Shown here one piece after another: positions 31,387-41,816 of a DNA stretch of 64,000 nt. The position numbers and the translations under genes were made by a program. Positions within the stretch are counted from its first letter, which is position 1. Each line of letters begins with the position of its first letter. The notes below the pieces were generated by a model. It worked only from the letters and a program-made list of their open reading frames with translations. It had not been told where the DNA came from and made no database searches. This DNA is from Verrucomicrobiota bacterium (GTDB lineage Bacteria > Verrucomicrobiota > Verrucomicrobiia > Limisphaerales > AAA164-E04). The stretch spans positions 1,696,001 through 1,760,000 of the forward strand of contig CP170459.1 of NCBI GenBank assembly GCA_047947115.1. The letters are read 5' to 3'.

Positions 31387-34300
31387 GTGGTGGAAGGAAT
31401 GAGTTTGAAGATGGTGGCTGGCGTTTCGGGGCATGTGTCGGGGTTGGAAAGGGCGGCGGTTGCGGACGCTACACTGTCGATTTATCCCTATGTCGAAGAT
31501 ATCAAGAATGGGGGCCATGCGCCTTTCAGTAGTCAGGACACATTCAAAGATGGATTCTACGCATTCTATAACCTTCCTCCGGGTTCATACATACTGGCTC
31601 TCAGAAATCGTCAGCATGAATCGGATCGAATCACCTGGTCCGAATATTTTGAAATCAAACCCAATGTGGATATCGAAGTGGATTTCGCCGAGCGTGATCC
31701 TTGGTTGGGGCATTGGACTCACTACAGTGGTCGGGATGGTCTCGCGAGCATGGCCAATCAATCCTTGTTTCAGGATAGCAAGGGATACCTGTGGATCGGG
31801 TCCGGTAGCCAGGGGGTGCCCGGCAACGGGGTTTCAAGATATGACGGCAAACAGTTCGAAGTGTTTACGGTGGACACCCCGTCGGTGAACGAAAAGATCA
31901 CCAGCATTGCCGAAACCCGGGACGGCACGCTTTGGTTTGCGTCAAAAAGCGGTTTGTTTCGGCTGGGTGAGACTCAGCTGATTTCTGTTGTTTTGCAGGG
32001 TGCATTTTCCGACGCGAGTATGGAAGCGCTCCAGGCGGACGAAGAGATTCTTTGGGTGGGGACGGACAAAGGGCTGGTAAAAATACATCAGGGAACACAG
32101 CGGTTTTTTACGATGGACCATGGACTTCCGCACAACAAGGTTTTGGATTTGGCATTGGACTCCGACCGGCGTTTGTGGATTGGAACACAAAAGGGAGCCG
32201 CCTACTTTGAAGGTGGACAATTGAATTCTTTTGGAGAGCATGGCGGATTGGGCGGGGTGACGGTCACGGCTGTTCACATTTCAAATGATCAGGTGAAATG
32301 GTTTGGGACGAACAAGGGAGTGACACGTGTTGATGAACACACGGTGGAGCATTTCGGGGTTCGGGAGGGGATTTTGTCGCCAAGGGTGTACGATATTACG
32401 TCTGATTCGGCAGGTAACATTTGGATCGCCACCTATGGGAATGCTTATCGGATTCGTCAAGGGCACGTAGAAGGACTGCATTCCAGTGCGGCTCAAAAAA
32501 TGACTCAAGGGGTTGAGGCGATTCTGGTGGACAACAATCATACTGTGTGGTTCGCCACCGGCATCGGTGGCGTTCATCGGTATCAAGAGGACATCAAATC
32601 CATCGGCAAGCTGAAGGGGATGCATGATCAATTTATATCCAACACCTATCTGGATAAAGACAATCGACTTTGGGTGGGAGGCATCAGCGGACTGGTAAGC
32701 ATGTCCGGTTTGTTGGAAGATCCCCCCGCTCTTTCATCGTCCGCTTCAGAACGTTCACATATGGTGATCAGAAAGTACTCTGCCGCGGAAGGAGTTCCGG
32801 GTAAATACATCAGTGTGATCGAGCCGGATGATGAGGGTGGGCTCTGGATTGCATCAGGTGGCATTTTTTCGAATTCAGAGGGCCTTTCAAGATATGATGG
32901 GAGGCAATTCAAGCGTTTTACCACAAGGAACGGTCTTCCTAACAATAGAGTCCACACTATTCGTGCTTCCACTTCCGGCTTTCGATGGATTGCCACTCAG
33001 GAAGGTTTATTGCCCCTGACATCTGAATTGACCATTCCGGAAGTTTCGTTGCCGTTACATCTTTTCTCAGAATTTCTAGAAAAGCATTCCGCCAGTCCGA
33101 CGACTTATGATGTCCTGCAAGATACGGAGCATTCGTTATGGATCGCCACCCTGAACTCCGGGTTCGTGCGTGTGGATGGGGATCAAATCACTCGGTTTAC
33201 CATCAAGGATGGTCTGCCTTCGGACAATATCATGCGGATGGCGCAAGACCGACATGGACGGATATGGTTCGCCACTTTGAACGGGATGGCTGTATACGAC
33301 AATGGACAGATCAGATCTTTCGTTGGAGGGGCCGATCGATTTCCGGTGCATCGGTTTGAAGATGTCATTTGCGATTCAAACGGGACGGTCTGGTTCGCCT
33401 CATGGGGGAGCGGGGTGTTTGGTTTCGACGGGGATGCCTGGACACGATTGGACGAAAGCGATGGTATTGCGAACAACCGTGTTTTTGCCATCAACGAGGA
33501 TCATGAGGGTAGGTTGCACATATGCACCGCATCCGGATTGAGCACTTATCGGCGATCGGCTTCAAAGCCCAGTGTCATTCTCCGATCGCTCCAGACAGAC
33601 AGAGGTGAAGCTGTTGATGGAAAGCTTCCCGACATCCAGACCGCCTCACGTGTGACGCTCAAGTTCGGGAGCGTTGATTTCAAGACGCATCCGGATAAAC
33701 GTCAGTATCGCATTCGTATTTCAGAACCGGGACAGGACAGTGATTGGGGCAACCCTCAACATTTGGATACCTTTGAGTGGATTCCGGAACATCCTGGACC
33801 AGTCACCATCGAAGCGCAGGCCATTGACCGGGATCTGAATTATAGCGATCCCCTCAGTCTGACCATGAACGTGTTTGTTCCCTGGTATCGGAATGTCTGG
33901 GTGATTGGCCCTTTCCTTGCGGGCTTTTTGATCGTGTCGGGTTCGGCGTTTTCCTATGGGTGGCGGTATTACATGAATCGGCGTAATTCCAGAAAGCTGG
34001 AGCGTCAAACGCACCGCCTCAAAGAGAAGATGCTGCAGGAACAACAGCGTCAGAACAAGGCCTTGAGCGAGGCAAAGGAAGAGGCCGAACGCGCCAACAA
34101 GGCCAAGACCATCTTTCTGGCCAACATGAGTCATGAAATCCGCACGCCGATGAACGCTATTCTCGGTTACGCCCAGATTCTGTTGAGAGATCGTGGCTTG
34201 TCTGCCAAACAACATGGAGCGGTGCAAACAATGGCGGACAGCGGTAAACATCTGCTCAGACTGATCAATGACATCCTGGATCTTTCCAAGATCGAAGCGG

Positions 34301-35508
34301 ATCACGTCAAAGTGGAGTCTGCTGATTTTGATTTGAGATCCACAGTGGAGGGACTTTCAGCCATGTTTCGACCAAGATGTCAGTCGAAAGGTTTGGTCTG
34401 AAAAGTGAACTGGTGTTCTAATTCGGATCAACGCATGAACGGACCGATTCCCTTGTCGGGGGATGAGTCCAAACTGCGTCAGGTTTTAATCAACCTGGTA
34501 TCCAACGCCATCAAGTTCACCGATCATGGAAGTGTTGAACTAACCATCAGTCGGGCATCCGAAAATATGGATCCGAACATGGTAGGTTACCAGTTCAGTG
34601 TGAAGGACACAGGCTGCGGTATTTCCAACGCAGATCAATCATCCATCCTGACTCCTTTTCAACAAGGAACCAATGCGGCAGCGGTTGGAGGAACGGGGTT
34701 AGGGTTGGCGATAGTCCAACGTCATGTTGAATTGATGGGAGGTCGATTGACTTTTGAATCGGTGAAAGGCCAGGGATCACGTTTTGAGTTCAGCCTGGCC
34801 TTCTCCGCAGCCCAGACCGATACAAGTTTCTTTCGCAAGACGAACGAATTGTCGCCGGTTCCGATGCGATCGGAGAAATCCTTCAGGGCGTTGATCATTG
34901 ATGATGTTGCCGAGAACCGTGAAGTGTTGAGCCGGATTTTGAGCGACATGGGGGCGGAGGTTTCCACCGCTGAAAACGGGTTAATGGGGCTGGAGTTTCT
35001 GGAGACGGAATCGTTCGACGTTGTCTTTTTGGATATTCGCATGCCGGGTATGGACGGGTTTCAGGTGATCGATGAAATCAGGAGCCGACCCGAACCTGTC
35101 TCCCGATTGAAAACCATTGCCATTTCCGCTTCCACATTCAGCCATGACGAAGCCGCCTATCAGGAATCAGGATTTGATGCATTTATCTCCAAGCACTTTC
35201 TGATCGAAGATCTGATGACTTGCTTGAAGGCGCAATTGAATTTGAAGTTCATAGCGATCAGCGGACCAGATGAAAACCAATGGAGCGAAAGCCATCCACT
35301 TCCCGAGTTGCCAGACACCTTGTTGAGTGAACTCGGTGAAGCTGCTGAAACATATCAAACCACTGAACTCAAGGAACTACTTGAGGAAGTGCGAAAAGTA
35401 GGTCCCGAGGCCGCAGCATTTGCTGATTACCTCAATGAGCTGGCAGGCAACTTTAACATGAAACAATTTGTCACCATTTTGAAACGACACGACCATGAAT
35501 CCAACTGA
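31387..35508 (+). pseudogene. Hybrid sensor histidine kinase (propeller + Y_Y_Y-like + TM + HisKA + HATPase + REC) with in-frame TGA at 34399-34401
   Basis: Reg_prop repeats ('[10 protein letters not shown]', 'GLPSDNI'), '[18 protein letters not shown]', then GLV*KVNW in frame with 'LRQVLINLVSNAIKFT', 'GGTGLGL', 'LDIRMPGMDG'. No signal peptide, so probably also 5'-truncated. Confidence 0.88.
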
Positions 35509-37078
35509 GATCAACACTGAAGGAGCACGCATCCTCACTGTGGATGATGTCCCTGCCAATCTGCGTATATTGAGTGAAGCTCTTGAAAGCAAAGGCTATC
35601 GAATCCAGGCAGCCACCGATGGAGAAACCGCTATGAAAATTGTCGAAGCGGGCGCCCCTGAACTCATCCTGATGGATGTCATGATGCCCGGATGGAATGG
35701 ATACGAGACCTGCCGCCGGATCAAGGCCTTGCCTGGGATGGAAAACGTCCCGATATTGTTCATCACTGCACTCAATGAAACGGAAGATATAGTGGAAGGA
35801 TTTGAAGCGCGCGGGATTGATTATCTAAGCAAACCATTTTCCGAAGCCGAAGTACACGCGAGAGTGAACACACACTTGCGCGTCGGCCGTTTGACAAGGG
35901 CTTTGCAGGAGCGAAACATCGCACTTGAAAAAGCCATTCAGGAACGTAAACAAGCTGAACGCGCCACGGCGAACCTGACCCGTCAATTGGAAATCATCGC
36001 CGATCAGGATGCGGATTGCTGGGGCTATGCCGGAATCATCGGCGATAGTCAGCAATTTGCAGCCATTCTCAAGCAAGTGCAGTTGCTTCAAAAGTCCGAA
36101 CGCACCAGCACGTTGGTGACCGGTGAAAGCGGCACCGGCAAGGAAATGATTGCCCGTGCCATCCACCATGGCGGTGTGCGCTCCAAAGGGCCATTCATCG
36201 CAATGAATTGTTCTGCCATTCCCCGGGAACTCTTTGAATCCACATTGTTTGGACACATCAAAGGCGCATTCACAGGTGCGGCATCAGACAAGCAAGGACT
36301 CTTTGAAATGGCCAACCACGGAACGCTCTTTTTGGATGAAATTGGAGAGATGCCATTGGACCTTCAAGCCAAACTGTTGCGTGTGCTTGAAACAGGAGTT
36401 TTCACGCCGGTGGGAGCGAACGGCGAACGTCAGTCCGACGTACGCATCATCGCCGCAACACATGTCAATTTTGCCAAGCGCATTGAAGAGGGCACCTTCC
36501 GGGAAGATCTTTACTATCGACTGGCAAGGTTTGTGATTGAGCTTCCACCGTTGCGGGATCGGGCTGAAGATATCCCGCTACTTGCCGCGCATTTTGTCGA
36601 ACATTTCTCTGCCGGACTTGGATACGCCAACATCGTTCCCATTTCACGGGAAGCCTTGGAGCGCCTGACGCAACATTCCTTTCCCGGTAATATACGCGAA
36701 TTGAAAAACATCATTGAACGTGCCGTGCTGGAATCGGGTGGAGAACACATTTCCAGTGAGCACTTGCACTTCCTGACAATGCGTGCACCAAAAGACGCCG
36801 TGACAGTAAAGGAAACTCCCAAGGCATCCACTCCTGTCGATGCAGAAAAACTGATGAACAAGCGTTCATCCAGTTTCAGCGGAGAAAACTTGGAATCCGA
36901 CGAATCCCAAATCATGCAATATGTTCGCGAGCACGGCATGATTAACAACACCGACTGCCGCGAACTGCTGCAAGTCGATCGACACCGCGCAAATTATCTT
37001 CTTAAGAAATTGAATCAATACGATCTACTCCAAATTGTGGGCACCGGACGATGGGCGGTATATCGGCTCAATGAGTGA
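35495..37078 (+). CDS. sigma54-dependent response regulator (REC + AAA+ + winged HTH)
   Basis: 'MDVMMPGWNG', 'GESGTGKE', 'GAFTGA', 'LFLDEIGE', 'FREDLYYRL', 'FPGNIREL'. Confidence 0.95.
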   Translation: MNPTEINTEGARILTVDDVPANLRILSEALESKGYRIQAATDGETAMKIVEAGAPELILMDVMMPGWNGYETCRRIKALPGMENVPILFITALNETEDIVEGFEARGIDYLSKPFSEAEVHARVNTHLRVGRLTRALQERNIALEKAIQERKQAERATANLTRQLEIIADQDADCWGYAGIIGDSQQFAAILKQVQLLQKSERTSTLVTGESGTGKEMIARAIHHGGVRSKGPFIAMNCSAIPRELFESTLFGHIKGAFTGAASDKQGLFEMANHGTLFLDEIGEMPLDLQAKLLRVLETGVFTPVGANGERQSDVRIIAATHVNFAKRIEEGTFREDLYYRLARFVIELPPLRDRAEDIPLLAAHFVEHFSAGLGYANIVPISREALERLTQHSFPGNIRELKNIIERAVLESGGEHISSEHLHFLTMRAPKDAVTVKETPKASTPVDAEKLMNKRSSSFSGENLESDESQIMQYVREHGMINNTDCRELLQVDRHRANYLLKKLNQYDLLQIVGTGRWAVYRLNE

Positions 37079-37212
37079 TGGATTTCGAGGGTTGATAAAT
37101 TGTTGAGTGAATGAACATCAATCCACCTTCTGGCAAAGGCGGCTGCTTGGGGCGATGTGGCTGGCTTTTTTAATAGATAGAAATCTTCTCATCGCTTCCT
37201 CGAAAACAAGTC

Positions 37213-38532
37213 TCATTCATTCCCAAAGCAGTAAAGATGTTCGCTGCTCCGGATATAGATTCGGTTTCCAACAATCGCGGGTGAAGCCTGGAATCTGCCT
37301 TCGAGTTCATTGATGGCAAGGATGGTTGGTTCTGGACCTTTTTTGACAACGAATGTCCTTCCTTCTTCGCTGAGCAAATAGATGCGGTTTTTTGCGCCCA
37401 CAGGTGAGGCGCTGAAATTGGCGGGACTTGGCAGGCGGTGTTTCAGGTAATGTTGTTTTCCATCAATGGCTCGCAGGCTGGAGAAAAAGCTGTGGTCTTC
37501 AAGTAGGTAAATTTCATCTCCCCACACCATGGGGCAGGGGACGTAGGGGGCTCCGCGATCGAGTTTCCAGACAATGTGTTCGGTGTTGGTGAGATCTCCC
37601 CGTTGTCCGAGGCGGATGGCATGAACGGTGTCCTTGCGCCAGCCACTGGCTGCGAATGCGAGACCCAGACCAACGGCAGGCATGGGGACGGCACTCAGGC
37701 TTTGACCGGCACATTCCCACAGGGGTTCGCCTGATTGAAAATCATAACAGATGACCGGCGCCCCATTCACCAGGATCTGGGTGCGGTTCTCGTGGGTAAA
37801 GATTCTGGGGGTGCTCCAGTTCGAAACTTCGGCTCTTTTTGTTTTCCAGATTTCCTTTCCGGTGTGTTTGTCGATGGCGATGATGTAGGACTGTTGCTCC
37901 TGGTCGGCAACAATGATGAGGCGGTCGCCGTGCAGTGCAGGGGAGGTGCCTTCCCCAAGAGAATCTTCCATGGCTTGGGGTTTGAATGGTTTTTCCCAGA
38001 TTAAGTTTCCGTCGAAATCGAAACAATACAGTCCAAACGAACCGAAATAGGAGTAGAGATAGTTACCATCCGTGACCGGAGATTGCGACGCGAATCCACC
38101 TTTGCGATGATGTCCCTGATGCGGCATGCCTTCGAAGATGAACCGTCGCCAGAGTTCGCTTCCGGTGCTTCGGTCGATGCAAATGATGCCGATGCGTTGG
38201 GCTTTCCAAGTGGGTGAAACGTCCGGATGTTCCCCAATGTTGGGGGTGCCGAGTGGGATGACATCCGGGATGGGGAGTTTCTTTTCCATCGGAATGGCGG
38301 TGTGGAGGAAGATGTGATTACCCCAAACAATGGGCGTGCTCCAGCCTTGGCCTTCGATAGGGGTTTTCCAGATCAGATTCTTGCTTTCACTCCATTCGAC
38401 AGGAGGATCTCCTTGATCTGCGACACCATTCCAAAGTGGACCTCTCCACTGAGGCCAATAGGCGTCCGGATCGTCAGCTTGGAGGCTGCTGACAAGGAGC
38501 ATTCCCATCAGCCATAACAGTGTTCGTGTCAT
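37213..38532 (-). CDS. Secreted PQQ-binding-like beta-propeller protein
   Basis: Signal peptide, 'WPQWRGP', 'WSTPIVWG', 'SPVTDG', 'ASPAI..RIYIRS..HLYC'. Confidence 0.9.
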   Translation of the reverse strand: MTRTLLWLMGMLLVSSLQADDPDAYWPQWRGPLWNGVADQGDPPVEWSESKNLIWKTPIEGQGWSTPIVWGNHIFLHTAIPMEKKLPIPDVIPLGTPNIGEHPDVSPTWKAQRIGIICIDRSTGSELWRRFIFEGMPHQGHHRKGGFASQSPVTDGNYLYSYFGSFGLYCFDFDGNLIWEKPFKPQAMEDSLGEGTSPALHGDRLIIVADQEQQSYIIAIDKHTGKEIWKTKRAEVSNWSTPRIFTHENRTQILVNGAPVICYDFQSGEPLWECAGQSLSAVPMPAVGLGLAFAASGWRKDTVHAIRLGQRGDLTNTEHIVWKLDRGAPYVPCPMVWGDEIYLLEDHSFFSSLRAIDGKQHYLKHRLPSPANFSASPVGAKNRIYLLSEEGRTFVVKKGPEPTILAINELEGRFQASPAIVGNRIYIRSSEHLYCFGNE

Positions 38533-38727
38533 GTGGAGAAACCTATTTAGCGACAAGCATCATTGCAATGACATTGTGGATTGCGTGTGTCTTGACACCG
38601 CTTTGGATATATCAGGGGAAAGTTATTGTTCTTTTGTGCCAGTTCCATTCCATTCCTATTACTCGCACACTTTGCCGTTTTTTTTAAAGTTCTCCCAAGG
38701 TTGAATGTGAGATTCGAGAGATGACAA

Positions 38728-38770
38728 TCTCCTAATTTGTATAATTTAGGAGAATAGGATCACCTAAATT
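38728..38770. promoter_or_regulatory. Candidate transcription-factor operator in divergent intergenic region
   Basis: tctcctaa-tttgtataat-ttaggaga inverted repeat plus a third half-site cacctaaatt. Confidence 0.45.
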
Positions 38771-39026
38771 CATGATTTGGGTTGCTTTTAAGAAAGTGTG
38801 GCATCCAGCTCTAAGGTGATTGTCTTCGTTGCCACACACGAATCATGCTTTAATGCAAGTGTTGCCTTAAACCAAGGGATTGTTAAATTCTGTGAGCGAA
38901 CGGTAATCTCAGAAAGCTTTAATAGTCGTGACGGCTCCGAAACCTATTGTGTGGTGATATTCTTGAATAACTTGAAAATCTAAATGAGTGGTTGAATGAA
39001 CGGACAGGAGCTGATTTGTTAGAAGG

Positions 39027-40217
39027 ATGATCCGATTCATGATGATTTGTTGCATTGCCATCCTTTGTGAAAGAGGCAGGTACAACATGCGCGTGGTTCA
39101 GGCCGAGGAACCACCCTATCAGATCAAACAAATCCCGGGTGTCCGAAAAGAGGTGCTTCTTCCACCCGGTCCGGAGAATCCGCGCAATAGTGAAGGTGAC
39201 TTCATTGAACTGCGGGACGGGCGTGTGCTGTTTGTCTATACGCACTTCACAGGAGGGAGCAGTGACCATGCCTCCGCTTTTCTCGCAAGTCGCTCATCCA
39301 ATGACGGTGGACGAACCTGGTCCCGGGAGAATGATGTCGTTTTGTCCAATGAAGGCGGCTTTAACATCATGTCTGTTTCTTTGTTACGTTTGAACAATGG
39401 TGACATTGCCCTGTTTTATATTAGGAAAAACTCTCACAGAGACTGTCGTCCGCTGATGCGTGTTTCCAAAGATGAGGCGCAGAGCTGGAGCGAAGCGGTT
39501 GAAATCATCACCGATCAAATCGGGTATTATGTATTGAACAACGACCGGGTCGTGCAATTGAAGGATGGACGTTTGATTTGTCCGGTTGCCTTGCATCACC
39601 TGCCGGAATTTGAAAAACCGGATTGGCAGGGATTGTTGATGTGTTACCTGTCGGATGATCTCGGTAAGTCCTGGAATCGATGTGAGTCAGTTCTCAAAGG
39701 GGCTCGATCGGATGGTTCGCGCGTGACTTTGCAGGAACCGGGTGTGATTGAATTGAAGGATGGTCGCCTGATGATGTTTGCTCGCACCGATGGCGGTAGC
39801 CAATATTTAAGTTGGTCGTCAGACCGGGGGAAGACATGGTCACAGCCGACTGCAAGTAGCATTCGTTCACCACAATCACCTGCTACGATAGAACGAATTC
39901 CCGGCAGTTCGGATTTGTTGATGGTCTGGAACGATCATGCAGCCATTCCTGAATCTTTGAAAACCCGACGCACGCCATTCAGTGTGGCCTTGTCCCACGA
40001 TGATGGTAAAACGTGGACAAAAAGCATGTCACTGGAAGACGATCCCAATGGTTGGTATTGCTACACGGCTTTGGATTTTGTGGCTGATCGGGTTCTGTTG
40101 GGGCATTGCGCTGGGGGTCGACGCAATGGAGGTTTGAACAGTACGCAGATCACCAGCTTCGATGTGGCGTGGCTGTATGAAACTTTGGGAACGAAGAAGC
40201 ATGAAACGCACGAATAA
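39027..40217 (+). CDS. Sialidase-family (BNR/Asp-box) protein
   Basis: Asp-boxes SNDGGRTW, SKDEAQSW, SDDLGKSW, SSDRGKTW, SHDDGKTW; 'RNSEGDF', 'QEP', 'RTP'. Confidence 0.9.
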   Translation: MIRFMMICCIAILCERGRYNMRVVQAEEPPYQIKQIPGVRKEVLLPPGPENPRNSEGDFIELRDGRVLFVYTHFTGGSSDHASAFLASRSSNDGGRTWSRENDVVLSNEGGFNIMSVSLLRLNNGDIALFYIRKNSHRDCRPLMRVSKDEAQSWSEAVEIITDQIGYYVLNNDRVVQLKDGRLICPVALHHLPEFEKPDWQGLLMCYLSDDLGKSWNRCESVLKGARSDGSRVTLQEPGVIELKDGRLMMFARTDGGSQYLSWSSDRGKTWSQPTASSIRSPQSPATIERIPGSSDLLMVWNDHAAIPESLKTRRTPFSVALSHDDGKTWTKSMSLEDDPNGWYCYTALDFVADRVLLGHCAGGRRNGGLNSTQITSFDVAWLYETLGTKKHETHE

Positions 40218-41664
40218 TACTCTCCGGTCCATTTGGATGGCCGCTCTCAGCGGGGCCGCCTTGCTCTTGTCTGCCACCGGATATGCCAGGGCTGTTGGAG
40301 ATCGTCCCAATGTTGTTATCTTTTTTCTGGATGACAGCGGCTACGGTGATTACTCCCACAACGGCAACCCCACCATTCACACCCCCAACATCACCAAAAT
40401 GGTCCAGGAGGGCATGAATTTTTCCCAGTGCTACGTGACATCCCCTGCGTGCAGCGCTTCCCGATATTCGTTGTTGACCGGGCGGTATCCGATCCGGTCG
40501 GGACTGGGATCCTGGGTGATCGGACCAGGGGCGCCGCGTCATTTGCATCCGGAAGAATTTACTTTGGCCGAAGGATTGAAGCAACGTGGTTACAAAACCG
40601 GCATCTTTGGCAAGTGGCATCTGGGGAGTCCCAATGCAATGAATGAGTTCTCTGTGGATACGCTTCCGCTGGCCCATGGATTTGACGAGTGGTTTGGGAC
40701 GAATGTATCGCATGATTATGACGTGGCCATGTTGATACAGTCTGATTCGGAGGGGACAGATCCCGTTGCAGGTTACCGCGTGTTGACTCGAGATTTGCCG
40801 TCCAAGCATGATGTTTGCGCCTCCCTGACCGGTCGTTGCACCGACGCGGCGATTTCGTTTATTAAAAAAAGCGAAGACACCCCGTTCTTTGCCTACATTC
40901 CATTCAACATGCCTCACCTTGGGATTCATGCGAGCGAGGCCTTTGCGGGAACATCACGACGAGGTTTGTTGGGGGATGTCATGGCGGAGATTGACCACTC
41001 GGTGGGGCGCATACGCAGCTTGCTCGATGAAATGAAGTTGACCGACAACACTCTGATTGTTTTTTCATCGGACAATGGCCCTTGGATTCGATTTAACGAC
41101 ACTGCAGATCACCCGAAATACGGCGAAGCTCGCATGCACGTCGGCTATGCCATGCCGTTTCGGGATGGTAAAGGTTCCACATGGGAAGGTGGCCATCGAG
41201 TACCCGGCATCTTTTGTTGGCCGGGAACAATTCCTGCAGGTCAAATCGAACAAACTCCGATCAGCACCCTGGACCTATTGCCAACCATCTTTGCATTTGC
41301 CGGTGTCGACCTCCCTGGCGATCGGACCATTGATGGGCGCAATATCGGTTCCATGCTTTTGGTGAATTCCGCACAAAAAGCAGTCCCGCCATTCGAGTTT
41401 TTCTACTCATCATCCGACAACAATCCCTCCGCTGTTCGGATTGGACCATGGAAGATGCATGTTCGCATCTCCTCCCAAACCGGAAATCAATACGGCTTCA
41501 TAGCTTCACGTGAAACACCTCTGCTTTTCCAGGTGGAACAAGATCTGCCGGAACGCATTGACCGCGCCGGTGCACAAACTGAACAAATCCTTTCAATGAT
41601 GGCCAAGTTGAACGCCTTCGAAACGCAGGCCAGTGAAGAAGGCACCTTTTGGGATGAGAAGTGA
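40201..41664 (+). CDS. Formylglycine-dependent sulfatase (S1)
   Basis: 'PNVVIFFLDDSGYGD', 'CSASRYSLLTGR', 'GKWHLG', 'SSDNG', 'KGSTWEGGHRVP'. Signal peptide from ATG 40201. Confidence 0.95.
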   Translation: MKRTNNTLRSIWMAALSGAALLLSATGYARAVGDRPNVVIFFLDDSGYGDYSHNGNPTIHTPNITKMVQEGMNFSQCYVTSPACSASRYSLLTGRYPIRSGLGSWVIGPGAPRHLHPEEFTLAEGLKQRGYKTGIFGKWHLGSPNAMNEFSVDTLPLAHGFDEWFGTNVSHDYDVAMLIQSDSEGTDPVAGYRVLTRDLPSKHDVCASLTGRCTDAAISFIKKSEDTPFFAYIPFNMPHLGIHASEAFAGTSRRGLLGDVMAEIDHSVGRIRSLLDEMKLTDNTLIVFSSDNGPWIRFNDTADHPKYGEARMHVGYAMPFRDGKGSTWEGGHRVPGIFCWPGTIPAGQIEQTPISTLDLLPTIFAFAGVDLPGDRTIDGRNIGSMLLVNSAQKAVPPFEFFYSSSDNNPSAVRIGPWKMHVRISSQTGNQYGFIASRETPLLFQVEQDLPERIDRAGAQTEQILSMMAKLNAFETQASEEGTFWDEK

Positions 41665-41816
41665 AGTGTTGTTTGGTTCCTGATCGACCTTTGCGTTTCA
41701 TTTTGAAACGGCAAATTCACAAAAAATGGGCCGGCCAAGCTGCAAGAGGCTTACTTACTTGCGTTTTGCTTTGACCGGCCCGGTTTGGGATCATATCCCG
41801 ACCCATGATTCAGGTA

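Noticed and set aside
29958..34401. Stop-codon reassignment or selenocysteine readthrough
   Set aside because: The internal stops are of two kinds (TAA and TGA), both codons terminate intact genes in this window, and the TGA is not at a redox Cys position.
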